Positions 39,854-45,957 of a DNA stretch of 45,957 bases are shown in pieces (position 1 is the stretch's first letter; every line of letters begins with the position of its first letter). Origin of the DNA: Nitrospirota bacterium (GTDB lineage: Bacteria > Nitrospirota > UBA9217); contig DASPSR010000002.1 in the NCBI GenBank assembly GCA_035623825.1, positions 1 through 45,957 on the forward strand. The letters are read 5' to 3'. Under the pieces are notes generated by a model, which was given only the letters and a program-made list of their open reading frames with translations, was not told where the DNA came from and made no database searches. A program made the position numbers and the translations under genes.

Positions 39854-40688
39854 GCCGGTGTCTCGGACAGCAACGCTGTTGAAGCAGTTTCTCCATTCGG
39901 CCATCATTCCCGTCGGTCTGCTGGTCCTGTGGGAGGCCCTGTGCCGCTACCAGGTTTTCAGTCCCCAGGCGTTGCCTGCGCCATCCCAGGTGTTCGTGAA
40001 GCTGATCGCATATGCACGGCCGCAAGATCCCTTCGATGCGGCAAAATCAAATTATATCTCCTGGTTGTTTTCAGGCGAACTTCCGAATGACCTGTTAGCC
40101 ACGTTTCTTCGGGTGCTTGTCGGTTTCCTAATCGGTGCAGGACTGGCCCTTCCGCTCGGCCTATTCATGGGACGCTTTGAGCGGGTCTATCAACTCTTCA
40201 ATCCGATCATCCAAGTGTTGCGTCCTATCCCTCCTATTGCCTATGTTCCTCTTTCCATCTTGTGGTTCGGACTCGGGAATCCGCCGGCATATTTTCTTAT
40301 CAGCCTCGGTGCGTTTTTCCCGGTTTTGATGAACACGATCTCAGGGGTCAGGAACGTCGATGCGATCTACATCCGCGCAGCCCTCAATCTGGGTGCATCC
40401 AGAACGACGATGTTCAGGCGGGTCATCGTGCCGTCTGCCATGCCTCACATCCTTACCGGTCTTCGCGTGGGGATCGGGGTCGCCTTCATCTGCGTGATTG
40501 TTGCCGAGATGATCGCTGTGAACAACGGTTTGGGATACCGTATCCTTGAAGCGCGGGAGTATTTCTGGACCGACAAGATCATTGCTGGTATGATCACAAT
40601 CGGCCTTTTGGGCCTTGCAATCGACACGGTAATGAGCAAGATCAATAATTATCTGCTTCGCTGGCACCGAGGAATAGAGATAGGCTAG
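39843..40688 (+). CDS. ABC transporter permease (SsuC/TauC-like)
   Basis: LPAPS.V, LRPIPPIAYVP, EAA-like loop IRAALNLGA, VIVAEM. Confidence 0.92.
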   Translation: MHDRPVSRTATLLKQFLHSAIIPVGLLVLWEALCRYQVFSPQALPAPSQVFVKLIAYARPQDPFDAAKSNYISWLFSGELPNDLLATFLRVLVGFLIGAGLALPLGLFMGRFERVYQLFNPIIQVLRPIPPIAYVPLSILWFGLGNPPAYFLISLGAFFPVLMNTISGVRNVDAIYIRAALNLGASRTTMFRRVIVPSAMPHILTGLRVGIGVAFICVIVAEMIAVNNGLGYRILEAREYFWTDKIIAGMITIGLLGLAIDTVMSKINNYLLRWHRGIEIG

Positions 40689-40691
40689 GGT

Positions 40692-41519
40692 ATGGATATG
40701 CAATCAGCGACAAACCGAGCCAATGCGGGCACACCAATCGTACGGATTGAACACGTTGGTAAGATCTTCCGCGCCGATGAGAGGGAGATCGTCGCGCTCA
40801 AGGACATCACCCTCGATATTTACCAGGGGGAGTTTATCTGTATCCTCGGGCCATCGGGGTGCGGCAAGTCCACGCTCTTAAATGCCATCGCAGGATTTGC
40901 GCTCCCCTCATTCGGAAGGATGATCGCGAACAATAGAGAGGTCTCCTCGCCCGGACCGGACCGTGCCATGGTGTTCCAGGAGTATGCGCTGTTCCCCTGG
41001 ATGACGGTTGCCGAGAACGTTGCCTTCGGTTTGGTTATCAAAAGAATTACGAAAGATGCAATCAGGTCGAAGGTCGACAGTCTGCTGGAAAAACTTCAGC
41101 TTGCTGATTTCCGCGACCGGTTTCCGAAGGAATTGTCGGGCGGCATGCGTCAGCGCGTCGCGATTGCGCGCGCGCTGGCTCTCGATTCTCCCATGCTGCT
41201 TATGGATGAGCCCTTCGGCGCGCTGGATGCTCTAACGCGCAACTCGCTGCAAGATGAAGTCCTCCGCATATGGATGGAATTTAAAAAGACGATCATTTTC
41301 GTCACCCACAGCATCCAGGAGTCTATCTATCTGGCCAACCGCGTGGTCGTCATGACCTACCGGCCAGGAATGGTAAAAAAGATCGTAGAAGTAAACATCC
41401 CCCATCCACGCGACATAAGTTCGCCGTGGTTCATCAGCCTTCAGCAAGAGCTTACCCAGATGGTCATGGAAGAGCAGATGCGCTCCCAGAAGGCAGAGAC
41501 AATCAAGGCCTTGGCATAA
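40692..41519 (+). CDS. ABC transporter ATPase (SsuB/TauB/NrtD-like)
   Basis: Walker A GPSGCGKS, LSGGMRQR, LLMDEPFGALD, VTH. Confidence 0.95.
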   Translation: MDMQSATNRANAGTPIVRIEHVGKIFRADEREIVALKDITLDIYQGEFICILGPSGCGKSTLLNAIAGFALPSFGRMIANNREVSSPGPDRAMVFQEYALFPWMTVAENVAFGLVIKRITKDAIRSKVDSLLEKLQLADFRDRFPKELSGGMRQRVAIARALALDSPMLLMDEPFGALDALTRNSLQDEVLRIWMEFKKTIIFVTHSIQESIYLANRVVVMTYRPGMVKKIVEVNIPHPRDISSPWFISLQQELTQMVMEEQMRSQKAETIKALA

Positions 41520-41807
41520 AATGACAGACGGCTGCGTTTTCCCCAAGGACCTGCTTGTAAGCATTTATACCAGATGGAACATGTGTCAATTTACTGACCT
41601 GCCGATTGCGCAGAAAGCTTCACGGTTCATTAATGCTGGGACCTGGGCACTGCCAGGGCCTAACGATCAGACCTAGCTGGTCGTTATTGAGCAAAGTTCC
41701 CCATGGTCAGAGTGGGAATCTCGGACAGGACACCCCTCCGGTTCCGTGTAATAAAGTAAATGTACTTGCGTGGAAATCGCCGTTTAAGAAAACATCGATA
41801 ACAATAT

Positions 41808-42065
41808 ATGCGCACTTCAAAATCGCGACTCAAAAGACCGATACATCCAATGCCGGCATTTGTAAGACGAGCGCTAGCTGAAAGCGGTCTGCTGAGGGCG
41901 TATAAGGCCCGTCCTCCGTATCAGTAGAATGATTATATCGGCTGGATCACCAGAGCTGTGGAGGACGAAACAAAACTTAAACGCCTCGATCAAATGCTCG
42001 CTGAGCTGGAGCGCGGCGATGTGTACATGAAGATGCGGTGGAGCGCCCTTAGGGGAAAGATGTAA
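41808..42065 (+). pseudogene. YdeI/OmpD-associated family gene with in-frame TAG (41925-27)
   Basis: Manual translation MRTSKSRLKRPIHPMPAFVRRALAESGLLRAYKARPPYQ*NDYIGWITRAVEDETKLKRLDQMLAELERGDVYMKMRW...; absent from the ORF track. Confidence 0.8.
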
Positions 42066-42215
42066 ATGAAATGTATCTTGCCAACGGTCCGAACTCCATA
42101 TCATTCGGAATGTTGAATAATTTGGCTAATAGCCCGATGAGGAAAGTTCGCAATCGATGAAGGAAGGTCAGCAACAACCATAACTGCTGCCAGGTTTATA
42201 AAGGAGGAAAACACC

Positions 42216-42692
42216 ATGACAAGCAGGCAAAAAATCACACCGCATCTGTGGTTCGATAAAGAAGCCAAGAAGGCAGCTAAATTCTATATATCCATTTTCC
42301 CTAAGTCAAAAATCAACAACACCACGACTATTAACAATACCCCATCGGGCCCCGTGGAAATCGTTACGTTCGAGCTTTCGGGTCAGGAGTTTATGGCTAT
42401 CAGTGCCGGTCCCTTGTTCAAGTTCAATGAAGCGATCTCATTCATTGTGAATTGCAAGACTCAGCAAGAAATAGACTATTACTGGGAAAAGCTCTCAGCC
42501 GTACCGGAAGCCGAGCAGTGCGGCTGGCTAAAGGACAAGTACGGCGTCTCGTGGCAGATCGTTCCCACCGCGATGGGCGAGATGATGAAGGACAAGGACC
42601 CCAAAAAACTCGCGCGCGTAACAGAAGCATTCCTCAGGATGAAGAAGTTCGATATCGCAGCGCTCAAAAAAGCATACAGAGGGAAGTTATAA
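42216..42692 (+). CDS. VOC family protein (PhnB / 3-demethylubiquinone methyltransferase-like)
   Basis: QKITPHLWFD, FKFNEAISF, CGWLKDKYGVSWQIVP; RBS AAGGAGG. Confidence 0.93.
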   Translation: MTSRQKITPHLWFDKEAKKAAKFYISIFPKSKINNTTTINNTPSGPVEIVTFELSGQEFMAISAGPLFKFNEAISFIVNCKTQQEIDYYWEKLSAVPEAEQCGWLKDKYGVSWQIVPTAMGEMMKDKDPKKLARVTEAFLRMKKFDIAALKKAYRGKL

Positions 42693-42845
42693 GAAATATG
42701 CGCTGAGATGAAACTTGAGACTGCGTCCGGATCGATTAATTTTGCTCGTATTTATTGCACGTAGATGCCAAGGCGTGATTGTTTAACATCTGGTCATGTG
42801 AGATGTCGCTCATCTTTTTATCCCTTTCTCTCAAGGAGAATAAAA

Positions 42846-43400
42846 ATGAAAACTTGGACACCTATTCTGTTAACATTAGTTGTGGTGTTTGGTTGTACTT
42901 CGCCAACTCAAAAAGGAGTAAACGTGAAAGCTAAAGAGGATGCAAAACAAATAAACAATCCTAGTCTGTGGCCCAAACCATCTAATCCTGTTGCTCAGGG
43001 CTCGGAAGGAAACAATAATCTAAAAGTTGTCCAATCCTTTTATGAAGCTTACGGTAAAGAAGATTTAGAAGGCATTCGTCAGGTCATGTCTGAAGATGTT
43101 GAATGGTACATTCCAGGTCAACACCCGGTGTCAGGCACAAAACGAGGCATCCCGGAGATTCTTGACTTTTTCAGGAAACTTCAGATCGCCGGTTTCAGGG
43201 CCAAGCTTATGATAATGGCTGCAAATGAGAATTATGTCATTGATGCGCACAGAGGATGGAGCAATACAGGTAAGGGCGACATCGATTTAAACTGGGTACT
43301 CATTTATCAAATTGAGAAAGGGAAAATAAAAAGAGTCCAGAATTTTTCTGGTGACCTTTACGCGTCAGATGAGTTCTTTTCACGAATGTTCGGAAAATAG
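42846..43400 (+). CDS. SnoaL/NTF2-like protein, probable lipoprotein
   Basis: Lipobox-like VFGC; N.KVV..FYEAY...D......M.EDV.W..PG.HP.SG. Confidence 0.8.
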   Translation: MKTWTPILLTLVVVFGCTSPTQKGVNVKAKEDAKQINNPSLWPKPSNPVAQGSEGNNNLKVVQSFYEAYGKEDLEGIRQVMSEDVEWYIPGQHPVSGTKRGIPEILDFFRKLQIAGFRAKLMIMAANENYVIDAHRGWSNTGKGDIDLNWVLIYQIEKGKIKRVQNFSGDLYASDEFFSRMFGK

Positions 43401-43556
43401 CGGCACTGCATGTATCGACGCCAAGATCGACTGTCGTAGAAGTCCCGCCCTTCGCGCACGCATCGTCTATGGACGCCAGGGTGTTACAATTCGGTAATTG
43501 ATGTTGTATATTTGATGTAGTTCTACAATTTAATTAACTGGCGGGATATTAATGTT

Positions 43557-44960
43557 ATGGATGCGGGATTTGAGAAAAAGGTTGTGACAGGATTCAGGGA
43601 ATCCCTCCACGGAGAGTTGGTTATACCCGGAGATAAAGATTACGACGTAAGCCGCAGGGTGTGGAACGCGATGATAGACAGGTACCCTTCCATGATCGCT
43701 TATTGCGTCGACATTGGCGATGTTATCAAGTCTGTGAATTTTGCACGTCACCATGGGCTGCTTGCCGCTGTACGGTGTGGTGGACACAATGTAGCAGGAA
43801 ACGCCGTCTGTGACGATGGGATCGTCATCGATCTTTCGAGGATGAAACAAATCGAGGTAAATAGTGCCTCCCTTATTGCCCGGGCTCAAGTCGGCTTGAC
43901 GTGGGGAGAATTCGACCGTGCGACACAAACCTTCGGTCTGGCGACGACGGGCGGGATTGTCTCACGAACGGGAATTGCCGGGCTGACCCTTGGCGGCGGC
44001 ATCGGCTGGCTGATGAGAAAGTTCGGAGTAACTTGCGATAATCTCATTTCTGCCAATATAGTTACGGAAGATGGAAGGCTGCTGACCGCAAGCGGTCATG
44101 AGAATCAAGACCTTTACTGGGGTGTGAGAGGGGGAGGTGGGAATTTCGGCATTGCGACTGAATTTGAATACCGACTTCATCAGATAGGTCCTGTGCTTGC
44201 GGGCACGGTGTATTATCCGGCCGTCAAGATCAGAGAGATCCTGCGGTTCTATCGCGACTACATTACTGCAATTCCTGATGAGCTCACCTCAATGTTCGTA
44301 TACATGGCATCCTGCAGCTCGCCGTCTCTCGCCACAATTCCTGTCGGCAGTCCCGCGGTGGCCATCCATGTATGTTATATAGGCCCCATTGCGGCTGGGG
44401 AAAAAGTCTTACAACCTCTTAGGGAAGTAGGCCCTCCGCTTGAGGATACGGTGAGGATAATGCCCTATATGGAACTGCAGACCATGCTCGACTCCGGAGC
44501 ACCGCCGAATCAACATAACTTCTGGAAATCGTCCTACCTGAAAAACCTCAGTGACGGGGCGATTGATGTACTCGCTGCGTATTGTGACGCGATTACGTCA
44601 CCCTTGTCACAGGTGCATCTGCAGCACCTCGAGGGTCAGGTGAAAAGAGCGGGTGAAGACGAAATGGCTTTCAGCCATCGCGACGCACTGTGCGTACTCA
44701 ATATCGTCACTAAGTGGATGAACCCGCGAGAATCGGGAAAACACATACAATGGACCCGGGATTTTGAATCTGCTATGAGACCCTTTTCGACGGGAGGCGT
44801 TTATGTGAACTTCCTGGGAGAAGAAGGCGAAGACAGAGTCAAGGCTGCATATGGCAGCGCAAAATATGACAGACTTGTGGCGCTCAAGAACAAGTACGAC
44901 CCGACCAACTTCTTCCGTCTGAACCAGAACATCAAGCCTACGGGAGAAAGGTCCTTCTGA
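43557..44960 (+). CDS. FAD-binding oxidoreductase (BBE/VAO-PCMH family)
   Basis: RCGGHN covalent-FAD motif, GLTLGGG.GW, W..RGGGGNFGI, YVNF...LK.KYDP.N.FR.NQNI. Confidence 0.95.
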   Translation: MDAGFEKKVVTGFRESLHGELVIPGDKDYDVSRRVWNAMIDRYPSMIAYCVDIGDVIKSVNFARHHGLLAAVRCGGHNVAGNAVCDDGIVIDLSRMKQIEVNSASLIARAQVGLTWGEFDRATQTFGLATTGGIVSRTGIAGLTLGGGIGWLMRKFGVTCDNLISANIVTEDGRLLTASGHENQDLYWGVRGGGGNFGIATEFEYRLHQIGPVLAGTVYYPAVKIREILRFYRDYITAIPDELTSMFVYMASCSSPSLATIPVGSPAVAIHVCYIGPIAAGEKVLQPLREVGPPLEDTVRIMPYMELQTMLDSGAPPNQHNFWKSSYLKNLSDGAIDVLAAYCDAITSPLSQVHLQHLEGQVKRAGEDEMAFSHRDALCVLNIVTKWMNPRESGKHIQWTRDFESAMRPFSTGGVYVNFLGEEGEDRVKAAYGSAKYDRLVALKNKYDPTNFFRLNQNIKPTGERSF

Positions 44961-45119
44961 GGGGCACGAGGGGAACTCCCCCATTCGCGGGATCACTTGC
45001 AATTAGAAGTTTGACCGACTAGGTCACGCTCTAATCATAAATCGCGCTATTCCCCTGAAGCATGTACCAATGAGGCTGTTCCGATGTTTGATTCTCAGCA
45101 TGCATTTGATATCGTTCTC

Positions 45120-45148
45120 TTGACATCGCGGACGCCAGGTGCTACATT
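45120..45148 (+). promoter_or_regulatory. sigma70 promoter containing motif GGACGCCAGG
   Basis: TTGACA-17 bp-TACATT; the spacer motif recurs at 43471-80. Confidence 0.5.
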
Positions 45149-45281
45149 TTAAATAGGATAAAACATATCTGAATTAATATAATATTTTATTAAAAGAACG
45201 GAGGATCTACATCGAAAGGTGTGGGGAAATGGTTTCAAGTCTTGAAATTATTTTTTTAGAAAACGGAAGAGAGGAGCCATT

Positions 45282-45590
45282 ATGTATGCCAAAGTGGTAA
45301 CTTTTCACATTAAGCCAGGCAAACGAGATGAGGTGAGTCGTTTGTTTCATGATTTTGTTGTTCCAGGTGCAAGGAAACATAAAGGATTTAAGGGAGGGTT
45401 GTTGTTGACGGATCCCAATACAGGTAAAGGAACTTCTATAGGTTTTTGGGAAACGGAAGCTGATATCCTGGCGAGTGAATCGAGCGGTTTTTATAGAGAA
45501 TGGGTAACGAAACTTAGTGCCCATTTTTCTGCGCAGCCTTCTAGAGATATATATGAGGTCAGCAACCTTGTTAATTTTTCGCTTGGGTAA
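45282..45590 (+). CDS. ABM (antibiotic biosynthesis monooxygenase-like) dimeric barrel protein
   Basis: IKPGK.DE, GFKG..LL.D...GK..SI..WETE...ASE.SG.Y...P....YEV; RBS GAGGAG. Confidence 0.8.
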   Translation: MYAKVVTFHIKPGKRDEVSRLFHDFVVPGARKHKGFKGGLLLTDPNTGKGTSIGFWETEADILASESSGFYREWVTKLSAHFSAQPSRDIYEVSNLVNFSLG

Positions 45591-45834
45591 GCAGACGGCT
45601 TTCTCATTTCGGAGACAAGATTTATAACCTGTTGCTAGAATAGTGTGAAACACTACCTTCAGAGAACCGGTTGTTGTCTGCAGCCCCTCCTGAAATTGGT
45701 CTATCCGGAAAACGAGATCTGTCGCGACACGGTTTTCATCTAGCTTTCGTGCGAATCTAGTTAGTCACCAGGAAATAACTTATGATATGCTTCTTTTGCT
45801 CTTTATTTTATGATACAAATATGATAATCATATA

Positions 45835-45957
45835 AAGGGCACCTCCGAGCATATCAGAATCTAACAATTCTGATATGCTCTTGGGAAGAGACGCCAATCC
45901 CATCCCAGGAGGTGCTTTATGAGATTGTACTTAGGAATCGATCTACATTCAAGTAAT
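45835..45957 (+). mobile_element. Left end of a probable IS110-family element: structured leader plus recombinase start (truncated)
   Basis: Three-helix leader followed by AGGAGG and ATG 45919; exact element boundary cannot be determined. Confidence 0.6.
45919..45957 (+). CDS. IS110-family DEDD recombinase, first 13 codons (3' truncated)
   Basis: MRLYLGIDLHSSN; Y.GIDLH is the typical first-catalytic-Asp motif of IS110 RuvC-like domains. Confidence 0.7.
   Translation, partial: MRLYLGIDLHSSN

Noticed and set aside
184-45653. Numerous minus-strand and alternate-frame ORFs in the track (e.g. 7478-8137, 5101-5694, 34824-35489)
   Set aside because: Most overlap well-supported + strand genes, and none shows a recognisable domain or RBS; treated as shadow ORFs

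Overview
Bacterial accessory region of about 46 kb, probably from an anaerobic Nitrospirota or Desulfobacterota-type genome. The taxonomy is inferred from the multiheme cytochrome, PEP-CTERM protein, sigma54 promoters and GEMM-I riboswitch. About 40 credible genes all lie on the + strand. In order: a c-di-GMP signalling cluster (EAL fragment, PAS hybrid kinase, REC-GGDEF); a putative metal-handling cluster (DUF305, YVTN propeller, DUF302, ChrB-like, MFS); a MerR-HTH plus ARPP-1/DUF6569 module with a shared operator, followed by SRAP; a 9-heme cytochrome; PEP-CTERM and large propeller surface proteins; a Crp/Fnr gene followed by two FNR boxes and a c-di-GMP-I riboswitch; two GT-C-like membrane proteins; an SsuABC/TauABC-like ABC importer; and small stress or oxidoreductase genes. 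The ORF track misses or miscalls three things: a frameshifted secreted cupin, a YdeI/OmpD-associated gene with an in-frame TAG, and the first 13 codons of an IS110-family recombinase at the right edge with a structured leader that sequesters its RBS. No rRNA, tRNA or CRISPR array was seen. All family calls come from motif recognition by eye, not database searches.
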